From Camelus ferus (taxonomy: Eukaryota): a stretch of 64,000 nt of DNA. Shown here one piece after another: positions 27,041 to 39,949 of this stretch. The notes under the pieces are model-generated. The model made no database searches. It worked only from the letters and a program-made list of their open reading frames with translations, and was not told the origin of the DNA. The stretch spans positions 87,732,001 through 87,796,000 of the forward strand of contig NC_045696.1 in the NCBI RefSeq assembly GCF_009834535.1, written 5' to 3'. Made by a program: the position numbers and the translations under genes. Position 1 is the stretch's first letter. Each line of letters begins with the position of its first letter.

Positions 27041-28473
27041 TTTAGGACATAAATAGACTGAAGATCTACCAGGAGCTGTCAGGCAAAAATAGAACAACAC
27101 GAGGAATCTCAGTGAAAAGATTTACCATAGGATTCACCAAATTAGAGGTCATGTGATACAGGAGGAAAATCCTGTCTGATAAGTTTTGGTTTATTCTTAA
27201 TCTCAACTAAAATCACTACTTACAGAGAAGTATGTGGCATACGAATTGTAACCGAAAAACTGTTTTCGGAGTTTGCAACAGAACTATGCACGGAGTGATA
27301 GTGACAACCACTCAGGTTCAGGAAAGATAATTCAGGAGAAGATGGCAATTAGGCAAGTCCTATGCAGAGAACAGCTTCAATTACATATGTAGAAAAGGTA
27401 AAGATTATTAGGCTATAAAACGTGGCTTAAAATTAATATGCTTCAAGAAAGGGGAAAACACTTTATCTCAGACCAAGCTTAACTTGGCATCTACTATTCC
27501 TTAGAATTGCATCTAACTTCTAGTATTCCTAAAAAAGTTTAATTATTGAAATGCTTTCCATTGCTCAGGGAATTCTAAAACTTTCTGCTCGCCACTTGCA
27601 TCAATGTTTGCAAAATGGTTTGATTTACAACTTCAAAGTATTTATTTTACCTAAAATTAGGGCATGCAGTAGTATAATATTGTTATGAGGTTTTATTTTA
27701 AAGACCCTATCCTGATTAGGAACACCCTTACCAAGACATTTTCAAGCCTTACTCTGGAATTATTCATTCACCTTGACTTTCACATTTATATTAGCTTTTT
27801 TTAATTCCAAGAGTATTAAGTAGTTAACATTTCATATTTCATATGTCTACACAAGTAAACCACCTATAATATCTCTATTACTGTCTTGTAAATTTTGTTT
27901 AGAATAAAAGTAAAGTCTGGTAGGCTAAACTTTATATGCAACTAGTTATATAAATTAATTACACAAAAAGTTAGAGAATAAAATGAGTTTTGTTCCTAAA
28001 TTAACAATTTTTCCTGATTATTTTAGCTATTGATTTTCAATTTAATTATACTTAAACTAGATCTTCAGTAAATTAAAGCTAAGGACCAATTAGTACTTCC
28101 AATCCTTGCATTTTGGATAAATACCACTTTCTTGCCAGAATCACTGAAAAGATAAATGATTTGAAGTCATACATTTTTAATATTACTTTGGCCTCTAATT
28201 AAGGCCATTTAATTAATACTTCTAATTAAAGTCATTCATTAATATAATATAGTTCTCTTGTTATTTTGTTTCTCCTAACAAACTCTATTTAAATCTCAGA
28301 ACTTAGAATTAACTCAAACAAACTAGATTGTAACTTTGGCCAGAAAAAGTTCTGTTTTCATTGTTAAATTAAAATAGTTATGGAAACTATAGATACCAAA
28401 AATTTTCCAACCAACATCTTATGCATAATCTTGATAAAAAGAGGTGAGTAAGGCAGTGCTGCTCTTTTTTTAA

Positions 28474-28493
28474 GTGTGTGTGTGTGTGTGTGT
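28474..28493. repeat. (TG)n microsatellite
   Basis: Read directly. Confidence 0.95.
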
Positions 28494-28531
28494 AGTGGTG
28501 GTGAAGAGGGTCTATGTATAAATCACTACAA

Positions 28532-30158
28532 TGTACCCCCCTAGTGCCTGGGGTTGCCCATGAAGAACCTTCAAGAATAAAGTGAGCACCCTGGAGCTAA
28601 GTAACCACTAAGATATCATCTGTTCGGTTGTATGCATCTCCCTACTCCCATTGGTATAATATGCCTTGGCTACAGAAAAATAAATTTTCCCCTTGGAACC
28701 GAAAGCTTGTCTATATTTTATTATTTATTGAAAAGAAGCAATATACATGTCAGCTTCCGATTTATGGAGTGGATATGACATAATTAAATGTAAATTTAAG
28801 CTAACTCCTTGTTGAAGGAGAATAACTAGAGGGTGGGAGAGGAGGATTATAGATAAAAACAAGGCAAAAATAAAACGTACCCTAGTTTGTATGACAGGTG
28901 TCCTGATTGGATTTGTGTCAAGAGAGGACTATCACTACTCCATTGACCACCCTGAATAGGATGAAGAGAACTGGTCTCTCGAACAGAGGCCTATTTATTA
29001 GGATGCATTGATCAAAAATAGGAGATACATGTGTAGATTAGTATACGAAGTTATAATGTAGTTTTCTGGGAACTGTAAATTCTTAATGTAATTGACCACC
29101 TTCTCTCACTCAAAGTGGACCTCATCCTCCTGCTCAGTGGAACGGGAAGCCCCCTTCCCCCCAAATTACAAAGAGAAATGAAAAGTGTTATTCTGGAATT
29201 CCAACATCCAAGAGCCAGGTACTTCCATAAACAGGAGAATAGAAAGAAAATTTTGCTGAACAAATCTCCCCATTAAAATGGAGCAATAAAATTATCTCAT
29301 TTGGAGCAGGGTGTAATAATGTTTACATGTAAAGTAAGAGATATGTGTGACTTGGGGATAGTTCTGGTAGACCCAGAACACAGGGGATTTGCTCCTTTAT
29401 TTTCTAGGTGTGTGCATTTTGGGGGGTCAGCCAAGAAAAGCATAAGCTCACTGTGAGGTGTTGAAGTGATGGTCTCACCATCTACAATATCTTTGTGCAC
29501 AATGACAAGAGCAGACATATTTCTGAGCTAATCTTGGAGCTCAACCAAAGAAGGAACGTCATTGTAGTGGTAGAAACAAAAGAACTTTTCAGTCGAGGGT
29601 GCTGCTCAGATGCCTGCCTCCATTCAGGCATCTATGATTGGATTGGCAAAGGACCATTTTAGTCAATGTCAATGCAGAGATATGAGCAGCTTAGGACTTA
29701 CCAGACAGGATCAGTTAGTTATAGCACAGCGGGAAACAGTAAGTACAGATACTGACAGAGGTCCAGATATTGTCCTCCCAATGCTGTGACATCAGGTATG
29801 GCTCTACTGAACCCAAATGCAACTGGGGAAAAGGAGGGAAGAACGATTCCTGAAACAGAGTGAAATAAAAAATGCTGCCATGAGGGAAAATTACTTGAAT
29901 GACTAAGTGAAAAGATCAAGTTTTCGGCATAAAGGGAAATGGAAGCTTGACATAGAAATTAGTCCCAGTGTGAGAAAAACCAGAAAGATAGTTTTGCATT
30001 ATACCTGAATTTATGGTAATAAAATTCTTAATTTATCAGTTATACACAATTAACCCTCTGATACTCTTCTTCACTCCCCAGTGGAAAGAAATTCTAGAGA
30101 ATTTCTCCAGATCTCCAGATCTGGGACCTCTTTGATGCAGGCAGTAGTGACCGGAACA
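28532..30158 (+). mobile_element. Possible ancient long solo LTR (Gypsy-like, family uncertain)
   Basis: About 1.6 kb with higher GC than its flanks, TGT...ACA ends and AATAAA at 30018; no TSD or ORF visible. Confidence 0.3.
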
Positions 30159-30959
30159 GGATGAGCTCCAGGTGAATCAATTTTGCTCACTCATTTGTTG
30201 CTGGGCACTCGCACTGTTCTTTGTCCAATGGAGGCAACTGAGATTTGGACCAGGTCTCAGCATGTGTCTTGTGAATCAGAAAACATTTTTTCCAAGGTCC
30301 TCACCTGCACAGGCACAGAGGTTTAGGCCAAGGCCTTACTTCTTGCCCCAGAAATGATGACACTGTCAAATCAGGAAGCTTACTGTAGCTCTGGTCACTT
30401 GGAAAACTGGGGGAAGAGGTCTTTGTGAGTCACTTCACAAATCCTCCTAGCCTCTGTCTTTACTTGTTTGTTCTTCATTTTTTATTAACAAAAATATTCC
30501 TACCCCTTTATCCTTCATATATTATCCTAAAGATCTCTGAATTATATTGGTTGCTGTCATATCAATATTTACCCAACCCACGATCCTCACTGTATTTATC
30601 TGGCATGAAGCAAGGGCAATTCAAAATACCGAAATACAGAAGGAATGCAGAATAAGCTCACACCAAAGATAGGATATTCCAGTACCCAGCAAGTCAGCCA
30701 CCTTGCAAGACAGGGTTTCTTAAAAGAAAGGAAAGAAATTGATTTTCTAAATTTCTTCATCTCCCTCAACTAACTCATGCAAGACAATATATCATGATCT
30801 GATGATACATATCATGGAGTTTAATTTTTATTATTTGCTCTCCAACAAAAAAGAAGAGGAAAAAAGCACACACTTATAAGCCTAAAGGGTTATGAAAAGA
30901 TGAGAAATAGAAATGGATCGAGGAAATCAGAAGCCAAGAATCTTGACCATCACCCCTCT

Positions 30960-31370
30960 GTTTTAGGGTATAGGATAAGTTGCTGTTAATAGAGAAATCT
31001 CAAAATAAAATAGGAGTAGTTTTCTCATTCATATAATAACTATTTAAATGTGAGTCAACCAAAGCTTCCAGGGCCCTGCTGTTCTGACCTCATGGCTTTC
31101 ATTTTTGGACCCAAGATAACTGTTCTATGTGTCATCACGTCTCAGCTGGTGGGTGAGAGGAAAAAGAATGGAGGACAAGCAGTTTCCTTTCAAGAGGACA
31201 TAATCCCACAGTTTCACAAATCACTATCACTTGCATCTCACTATCCAGAGTGTAGTTGCACAGCCACATGTAGCTGCAAGGGAGGCTGAAATGTCTTTAG
31301 TTTGTTACCATATGCCCAACTAAATTTCTATTATTTTAGAAAAATGTGAGTATTGATTTTTGGAGACAGC
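30960..31370 (-). mobile_element. MaLR solo LTR (MLT1J/K-like)
   Basis: TCACTTGCATCTCACT...CAGCCACATGTAGCTGCAAGGGAGGCTG is diagnostic of antisense MLT1. Confidence 0.8.
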
Positions 31371-31384
31371 AAAATAGCAAGCGC

Positions 31385-31453
31385 TTTCTCTCTCTCTCTG
31401 TGTCTCTCTCTTGAATACACACACATACACACACACACACACAGAGAGAGAGA
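31385..31453. repeat. Compound (CT)n/(CA)n/(GA)n microsatellite
   Basis: Read directly. Confidence 0.9.
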
Positions 31454-31484
31454 AATCAAACTTCTAGCATTTGTGAATATTTTC

Positions 31485-31604
31485 AGAGTGACCAACTTGT
31501 CCTAGTTTGTGAGAAACTTTTCTCTCACAAAACCCATCCTGGCAGAGTCACCCATCCTGGTAACCCCCTCAGTTCCAGGCAATTTGGGGCATTTTGACAA
31601 CCTA
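31485..31604. mobile_element. MER81/MER94-like hAT-Blackjack MITE
   Basis: Termini AGAGTGACCAAC...TTTGACAACCT and internal AACCCCCTCAGTTCCAGGCAA. Confidence 0.6.
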
Positions 31605-32269
31605 TTGATATTACTAATGATTTCTTAAAAAGCAATATATAGTACTACAAACTACTCCTGGCCCAGTCCATCCTGTAAATTTTGTAACTCTTCGGTATTT
31701 ATATTTTAATGTATTTCAGGGTACTTAGATTCAAACAAGTCTTACAACTTAGAAATAAAAATCACTGGTGCAATTTATTGAAGGATTGGAAAGAAGCAAG
31801 GAATACTCAGAAGAGTCTCTGAGAAGACATATTAAACAGACTTCAGGATATGTTACTAAGAAGTTCATTAAACTTAAATGGTCCTTAAGCAGATTTTTTA
31901 TTCACTTACCAATTATTTACCTCGTTTGAAACCATAAAAGATAATAATAAGTACTGAGTTTGGGGTGAAGATGCTCATGTGACCACTTCAGTTAGTAGAA
32001 TCATGGAAACCCAGACCCACATTGTTGACTAGCATCTTAATTTTGAGTTATCTTCTACGCAATTATCTCTTGTGAAAAATTCAGTTGCAATTACTGTCAT
32101 GGGAGAACCCACAGGAAGAAAGATCTCTAGAACACCATACGCAGCTGAGAAGTGTCACTTGAGTTACCTGAATAGATGTCTCACAGAATTGCAATTTCAC
32201 TTTATACTTTTGGACTTAATCAAAACTGCATAAAAGAAATGCTTGCGACAAAGAGCGGCCATTTTTGTC

Positions 32270-33660
32270 CATCTCCACTGGACCCTTCTTCTGTCTGCTG
32301 ATCAAATGGCTTTTAGGGTTCCATCATCTACCTTCATCTCTTTCCAGTCCATACTATCTCCTTGGTTTTCTAATTTACCGTCATGGCTTTAATCTCCCCT
32401 CTCCTCCACACATATTGCTAAGTCCAAATTATTATTTCACATCTAGACTTTTCCTAGATCTAAGTTCATATATCCACTCATCCAAGATGAAACTTTATCT
32501 CAGAACATCCTACACGTATCTCAAAGCTCAATGTGGTCATACCGACCCTTCTCCTATATATCCACTTTTGGTGGCGTAAGTTTATTTTCTCACTCATTTT
32601 CCTTCTATAATTTTAATGTCTCTAATTCTCATTCTGCCTCCTAACTGAGAACTTTCCTCCATACTCATCACCATTGGCCGAGTTCAGGCCCCTTTCATCT
32701 ACTCAATTGACCAGTGTTTTACTAAAGTATACAGAAGAGTTACCTGAGGAGCTTGCTAAGTACGCAGACTCCCAGGCCCGCAACCACACATCCTAAACCA
32801 GGATATTGGGGGAGAGCTGCCTGTCAAGAGTTGAGTTGAGTTTAGAGAGAGGTGAGCTGCCAAATGCAGAGTTAGCTGATTAAGACAAGACAAGATGAAA
32901 GGAACAGTCAAGTCTTTAATGACTCACTGGGACGGTACAAGCAAAAGCTAAACAAGAGAAAGTGCCAACTCCCCTCCTGTTCCATGTTGTCCCATGGAAG
33001 GGCACCAGTTGAGGGACGAGAGGATCAGCATGGACCTGGGACCTGTGCCAATTTATGGCCTAGGAGTTGAAAAGTACTGAGTAGTGAATCAGAGTGGAGA
33101 AATGGGTCTTCAAGGACTCCTCTTTCCCTGACAGGGAGGTTTTAGCAGAGGCATCTGAGGAAGTCCTTTGCTGAAGATCCTACCTAAAGAGGCCTCCAAA
33201 TGGAAGCTTCCAGACTAGGAATGCAGCTACATGGAAGAGCCTGGTCTGCAGGCAGCCTTGGTCCTTGCTATAAAGCACTCACTGTGCACAAAGACTTGGC
33301 TGGGGAGGGCAGCTTCCCCTCAGAGGCCTGCCAGTTCAGTTCTTTGTAATTGCCCAGGCTCAGGCCTGAAAAATCACACTTAGGTTTCCGGCCAGGAGCC
33401 AGATATCTCACTGCCTTCTTAGCAGCAGATGATTTCAATGTAGGCAACTGTGGTCCACATTTTGAGTAATATTGGCCTAGACTTTGGAATAGATTTTTTA
33501 ACTCGCTTTCCTGATTTCAATTTCAGTTTTTGTCTAAACCATCCTCCACACATTGCCAGAGTGAGATTATCTTAAAAATTCAATTCCCAACATGTCTCTT
33601 ATTTAACATAAAACTCTTTACAAGAAATCGTTACCTGCATAAAAGGATAAAGACTAAGGC
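32270..33660 (+). mobile_element. LINE-2 fragment interrupted by a MER5-like MITE and an LTR
   Basis: L2 blocks on both sides (CATGGCTTTAA...CTAGACTTTTCCTAGATC; CATCCTCCACACATTGCCAGAGTGA); MER5-like halves at ~32712-32815 and ~33425-33475. Confidence 0.65.
32822..33378 (-). mobile_element. Solo LTR, probably ERVL class (family not assigned)
   Basis: GC-richer ~560-bp block beginning TGT and ending in CA, with an ATTAAA signal on the - strand (~32914-32919). Confidence 0.6.
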
Positions 33661-33919
33661 GTTTGTTTGAGTTGTGGCCTACAGAACACTCTCATTTCCC
33701 TCCTTCCACTTGAACATCTAACAAAACTACTGGCTTTGAGGGCAAGGTCTTGTATATATTTTTTCTTTATCTTAACTCTTTATCTATTGTGAAAATAGAT
33801 ATCAAGAAAAATGTGTTAAGTTCAATTGAATCCAATTTTTCTACGTAGTTTCTTTCTATTAAAAACACAATTCACAACAAGCAAATAAGGTTACTTAAAA
33901 CTTAAGTTTAAGTTAGTAC

Positions 33920-34060
33920 AAAAAAACTATATTCAATAACTTTGTAATAACCTATAATGAAAAAGAATATATATATGTATGTATAACTGAATCACCATGC
34001 TGTACACCAGAAACTAACATATTATTGTAAATCAACCACATGTAATAAAAAAATAAAAAT
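33920..34060 (+). mobile_element. 5'-truncated cetartiodactyl-type L1 3'UTR
   Basis: AACTATATTCAA...GTATAACTGAATCACCATGCTGTACACCAGAAACTAAC...TTGTAAATCAAC plus an A-rich tail. Confidence 0.9.
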
Positions 34061-35089
34061 CCCTAATACAATGCATCCTCTTCTAAGTTCAGACCTACCA
34101 AAATGCCTATGGACCCTAAATTGTTCTAATTTTTATCTTCTTCTTCTATTAGCTAATGAAACAGACATAACCAACAGTGCTTTTCTTTTCACTTGGGCTG
34201 TCAGAAAATCGGGAATTAAATTTTGTGCTGAATTTCACTAAAATTTACTCATGTTTTAATTTTATTGTGTTTATATCTTTTAATGTAAGGGGTTTTAAAC
34301 TGATGAGGACGTATACATTACTTAAGAAATATATAAAGGTAAATACACACACATAACACAGACACAGCTCTCCAACTGTTTGATTCATCTTTTTAAAAAG
34401 CAAAATATTTCTGCACTTAGATTAAAGTTACCTAAAACTCCAAAGAGGTTTTAAATTATATTTGCATGGGAATACTGTAGCAAAAGTGTAGGAGTTTGAA
34501 TTTTAACAGATGCTGTACATGCTTTACAACCACAGCAGACATAACGGTCTTTAACTTATCTTAACGGCATATGACTCTTGGTTTTAAACTGTAAGTTGGA
34601 GTGCTTAAAGTCTTCCTGATTTAATAATTCAAAATGTATCTGAATATAAAATAGTAGGATATAAAAAACAATACTAAAGTTCTGAATCTACTAGGATACA
34701 GCACAATATATTAAATATTTATATACCTCTGTGCTATAATAAGAACATTAAATTAAAATTAAAAAATTTTTTCACTTTTTCTGCCAGTTGGTATTTTTGT
34801 GCCTTCACAGAACTCTGAGTGTGTATGTGTGTGTATGTATAGATGTGTGTGTGAGGGTAGTTATCTATAAATAACATTTCATTTTTTAACATATTTTTTC
34901 TTCCTAATTTTATCAGGCTCACCTCTCATTCAGACTGTCTGATTAGTAGTTCCCATGCCAAGACTTTCCACATTGTAGGTTTATAAGGAAATTGCTCTAT
35001 ATGTTTATAATTTTATTTACAAACAGTTTTTACACACATGTTTTGTAAAATTTAACAGAAAGGAGGGAGGTAGAGTTTGGCTTTGTCTC

Positions 35090-35766
35090 AAACCCCCCAC
35101 ACAAGTCATCAGAAAATCCTACAGGCTTCCTTCAAAACGGATTTAGAACTGCATCTTGGCTCACCCCTACCTCCCCTGTTGCCACCCCGGCCCACAGCAA
35201 CCACATCTTCTGCCTGGATTATGGCCATAGCCTAATAACCGGTCCCCCTCTTTCTGCTCTGGTCCCATTTTATTCTTAATTTCCAGTACAGAAATCAGTG
35301 AGCCTTTTAAAACAGGAGTTAGAACATATCATTCCTCTGTTCAATACCCTTGAATACCTTCTCACACCACTCAGAACAAAAGCTAAAGTCCTCATGGTGG
35401 CCTCGCAGGCTTATCTCAATAGCCTGTGAGCCATCTCTCACTGCTTCCCAGGCTCCACTCGAAGGCTCTGGCTCTTGCTCACGTGCTCAAGCACAACCAC
35501 CTCCCAGACTGCTCTGCAACATGAATGCTGAGCTACCTCCCATCTCTTCACACCTGCCATTTTCACTGCCTGGAATCCTCTTCCCACAAGTATCTGCATA
35601 GCTCACTCTCACCTCCTTAGCATCTTTGCTCGAATGTCTGTGATGTGAGGCATTACCAGACCACTTTATTTAAAATTACACAATCTCTCCTTCCTTTAAT
35701 ACTCCCCTTTTGTGCTTTATTTCTACTTTTCTCCATAGACCTTATCATATGTGTGTGTGTGTGTGC

Positions 35767-35803
<37 letters not shown>

Positions 35804-36000
35804 TATACTATGTATATATACATACTATACATAACTATATATACAATATTTTTAATTTGTTTATTAACCTCTTTCTGCTAGAATATAAATTCTATAAAGT
35901 CTAGAATTTTTAATATTTTGTTAATTTTCATATTCTAATAACTAGAATAGAATCTGACATATAGTAGACAGTAACAAATATTTGTTGAATAAACAAATAA
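35090..36000 (+). mobile_element. LINE-2 (L2a-like) 3' end containing a (TG)n(TA)n microsatellite at ~35750-35800
   Basis: TGCCTGGATTAT, CTGCCTGGAATCCTCTTCCC and terminal AAATATTTGTTGAATAAA. Confidence 0.85.
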
Positions 36001-36449
36001 TTAAAATAATCCTAAAGTTCATCATAGGGTTAGCAAAGATGCTATGGGGATTTGGGAAAAATTGATATAATATTTCTGTTTATTACCTTTATCAGGAAAA
36101 ACCCTGGAGTAGATAATAGAGAGAGATTATAATGCCTCCATATAATATATAATATAGAATTTTAACATAAATTCTAGTTTTCCAGGATGCCTTCAGATAT
36201 TGCTAGAAACAATTTTTTTCAACATCTGAAATTATCATCGGAGGGAGAAAAAGTTACTCTTATATTAAGTAGAAAGATAAAAATTAAGTTAATTCAGTAA
36301 AGGGTTGAACTTATGAAGGTATAATTTTAACTCCTACCTGAGAGTTTTAATTTACTTAAAGACTACTAGGTATTTCTACCTGTAAAACTTGATAGCAGTC
36401 AAAAGTTATCAATAACCTATAGCAATGTTTCTCAAACTATTTCTTAATA

Positions 36450-37285
36450 CACACAACCTTACCCCCAAAAGATCCCACAGGTTAAGGGTTCAGCCCCCAA
36501 AAGATTGCCTCCTACTTCAGGTGCAAACTGCAAGTAGTAGATCCCCAGGTTACTCACAACTCTGTCCAACTTGGCATTAATACAGATTCCTGTGTCCCAG
36601 TAGTTCTTGATTTATTCAGTCTGGGCTGAAGCCCCAAAATTTGTAGGTTCAATAACCCATATGCTGGGTTGACCTCCTCCCCCCTTGGATTCAGTTATTT
36701 GCTAGAACAGAACTTACTTAAGTTTACCAGTTTATTAAAGGATATAATAAAGGATACAAATGGACAGCCAGGTGAAGGGATACAAATGGTGAGGTCTGGG
36801 AGGTTCCTGAACAAGGGACCTTCTGTCCCCATGGAGTTGGGGTGTACCACCCTCCTGGAACCTGGGTGTGTTTACTGATGTGGAAGCTCCCTAAACCCCT
36901 ACTACTGGGATCTTTTGGAAGTTCACAGAGGAAGACCAATTAACTCTATTTCCAGACTGACTGTCTCCTCTCTCTGGAGTGGGGGTGGGGGGCTGGGAGT
37001 ACAGGGAAATCCTGAATATTCCAAGCTTCTAATCTTGGCTTAGTCTTTCAGGTGACCAGCCCCGACCAAGGAGCCATCCAGGAGCCAGCACAGAGCTGCC
37101 TTATTAAAACTAAAGAACACCTATCATTCAGAAAATGACAGGGTTTGGAGCCCTGTTGGGAAGGAGAGTCAAAGACCAAATACTAGAACAAAAGATGCTT
37201 CTAGTGCTCAGGAAACAACAAGGGTTTCAGGATCTCGATGCCAAGGAATCTGGAGCAGATACCAGCACTTTTTCTATCATTTTAT
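36450..37285 (-). mobile_element. MER21-family ERVL solo LTR carrying a 96-bp foreign insert
   Basis: GATCCCACAGGTTAAGGG, TTTACCAGTTTATTAAAGGATAT, GGTGACCAGCCCC and AAAGACCAAATA are collinear with antisense MER21. Confidence 0.85.
36577..36672 (-). repeat. Perfect 96-bp inverted copy of 46046-46141
   Basis: Base-by-base reverse-complement identity, 96/96; the flanking base on each side mismatches. Confidence 0.97.
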
Positions 37286-37679
37286 AGTTTCCAACAAGCA
37301 AATATTTCAAGCCACTTTCCAAAAAAAATTCTATGACTGCCATTGAGTGATAAATTGTGTTTTCACACAAAGATTATGATTAGTACATTTTAATTCATAT
37401 TCCAAAACTGAGTTTACATTCACATGTGATTAAACTGCATAAGACCAAAGAAATTCAAATAAAACAGGATCATGACACAAGCACGTAATACATGTATAAC
37501 TTATTTGACTGTATTAGGAAAAAATGAGATCTAAAAGAGATTTTTAATTGCATCTATAAGTAGACTTTTTTTTTTTCTAACAAAAATAGTAGAGGAGATT
37601 TTACATACTCCTGAGACTGGTTCTTAAGAGATGCTAGAAACCAATATAATAAAGTATGTCCATTGAATTTAAAAATTCA

Positions 37680-38070
37680 AAGAAAATTTATCAAATGCAT
37701 TTATGCATTTTATGTACATTCCTGGGATAAATTCCACTTGGTCACATTGCATTATTACATATTGTTGAGTTCCATTTGCTTACATTTTGTTACCGGTTTT
37801 GTGTCTATGTTCACAAGTATATTGGTCTGTCATTTCATTTTCTTATACGTCTTTGTAAGCTCTTAATATCAGGGTTATGCTGACCTCATAAGATGAATTA
37901 GAAAACTTGCCCTTCTTCTTCGTTTTTGAAAGAGTTTACGCAAGAGTTATTTCTTTTTCCTTAAATGAATCTAATTGATAAGTGAAATCATCTACTCATA
38001 AAGTTATCTTTGTGGCAAGCTTCTTATGATGAATTCAATTTCTTAATAAAATATAGGTTAGATTTTCTGG
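37680..38070 (-). mobile_element. Old L1 ORF2 fragment
   Basis: CCTGGGATAAATTCCACTTGGTCA, GTGTCTATGTTCACAAGTATATTGGTCTGT and TATCAGGGTTATGCTGACCTCATA. Confidence 0.85.
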
Positions 38071-39084
38071 GGTTTTTTGGGCTGAAAAAGGTTAACTGAA
38101 AGCTCCAAGCAAGGAGAATGAGTGGTTTGTGCTCAAAACTCTGAACTCTCCATTTTTTGTTTGTAGAAGTAGACTTTTTAAGTACATATTTATGAACTAC
38201 ATAAATTGATGCATGTGTTAATATAAATTATTTAAAACAAGACAATGAAAGGAAATATTCAATTCAGAATCAGAGAACGAAAATTGTCTTTTAACAAACA
38301 GAAACCAGTGATGTTTCCAAGCAGACTAGTACTAGTATGTAGCTCAGAGTAGTCATAAACTGAAAACTAGTTTCTTAAATGCTAAAAGCCAGTTGAGGAT
38401 GTTGGTTGAACTCCATGAACTGTCTGAGGACAAGTAGGAAATTAGAGACACAGAGTTAGATGCTTTTAAGCAAACTGACCAACATAAGACAAATTCTAAC
38501 TGCTCAGATTCTCATGCTGAAAATTCTCAGTCCATTTATCGGCTGAAATCCGCTGGGCATAAATCTGATTATACCAGCCTTCAAAGTCTCAAAAAGAGTG
38601 TGAAGTATAGCACTGTTCCTATTAGCTCCCTGGGCTCACGAGGTGGCAAGGAAAAGCTTCTATAGGAGAATTTTAAGGAGCCAGGGGTGACTTGAATGGC
38701 CTCCTTACTACTGGATAGGCATGGTCTGCATTGGAGGGCATCTTATTGTTGTATTTTACTGTTGGTCTAGTGAATTTAAACTCACGCACCATTAGAACTG
38801 GATGCAGTCTTTGGGAACTTGGTGAAACTATGGGAGATTTCCCGAGGATGTAAGTATACATGCAAATCCATTCACAAAATTTTAGGTTATTTAAAGACTT
38901 TAGGATATACAATCACAGACCACATGAGTTCATATTCTCACAACACCCCCATGTTACCAAAATGGATAACAGATTCCATTCATTCATTACAGTAACTTAT
39001 AAGTTTACACCTACGTATTCTCCCATACTGTATTATTCCAAGAGAATGAAAAAAAAAAAAAAAGCAGGCAAATAACCCACATTC

Positions 39085-39700
39085 AAAAATCTCCCAGTCT
39101 ATTAAGGGAGACATGATTAAACAATATTAAGGGTCTGATAACAATGAATAAAAGTACAATGACTGTCTACAGGAACAGTTTATACAGAAAACTATGGGAA
39201 CAGAGATGTAGGATCAGACTCAGCCTACCTGTATTATGATTTTCCCGAAGGAGTCGGGGAGACTTTATGGACAAAGCAGCTTTTAGATTGAGTCTTCAAG
39301 GATCAAAAACAATTTAGCCAAGGAAAAGATGGAGCGGCATGATAATGAAAAGAAACCACAAGTGACAAGGGTAAAAGGAATGGCAAGTAATTTCAGTGAT
39401 TCCGTGTGAACTGATAACTGGCTGCATATGGGGAAGGACAGTCTGGGGTGTTAAGAGGGGCAGGGGCCAGGTCACCGAGGAACTTGTGGGCCTTGGTGAA
39501 GAGGCTTCCATGGACCCCATAGCTAATGGCAGGCCTTTAAAGGATTTAAATCACCCAGTGAGACTTGCTCTATACAAAAATCATCCTGGCAGAGGCGTGA
39601 AAAACAGCACTAGAAACAAGGGCGAAGTTTATGGAGAGAAAAAATGGACTGAAGCTAGTGGCAACAGTTACCCGTCTATAATAATATGGATAACAGAAAT
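39085..39700 (-). mobile_element. Decayed LINE-2
   Basis: CAGTCTATTAAGGGAGACA, TTGAGTCTTCAAGGAT and AAAGGATTTAAA...AAAAATCATCCTGGCAG. Confidence 0.6.
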
Positions 39701-39949
39701 CCTACAGGCCTGGGAAATATTTACCAGAAAAGAATCAGCAGGACTTGGGAAGGACCAAAAAATTAATTCACTTGCTCAAGGCCATGCACTTAATTAGTAG
39801 CAGACACATATCTAGAATTAAGTTTCCCAACTCCCAGCCCATTCATCTCTCTAATACTCTCTACTATTTCTTATTGTTTGATAAATTCAAATAGAGGTTT
39901 CAAATTAGGGATTGAAAATTGCCTATTAATGTTGATGACTTTCCCTCAA

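Noticed and set aside
38771..38855. Possible plus-strand exon (AG ... GAT|GTAAGT)
   Set aside because: The single open frame (NLNSRTIRTGCSLWELGETMGDFPR) matches nothing I recognise and has no partner exons.
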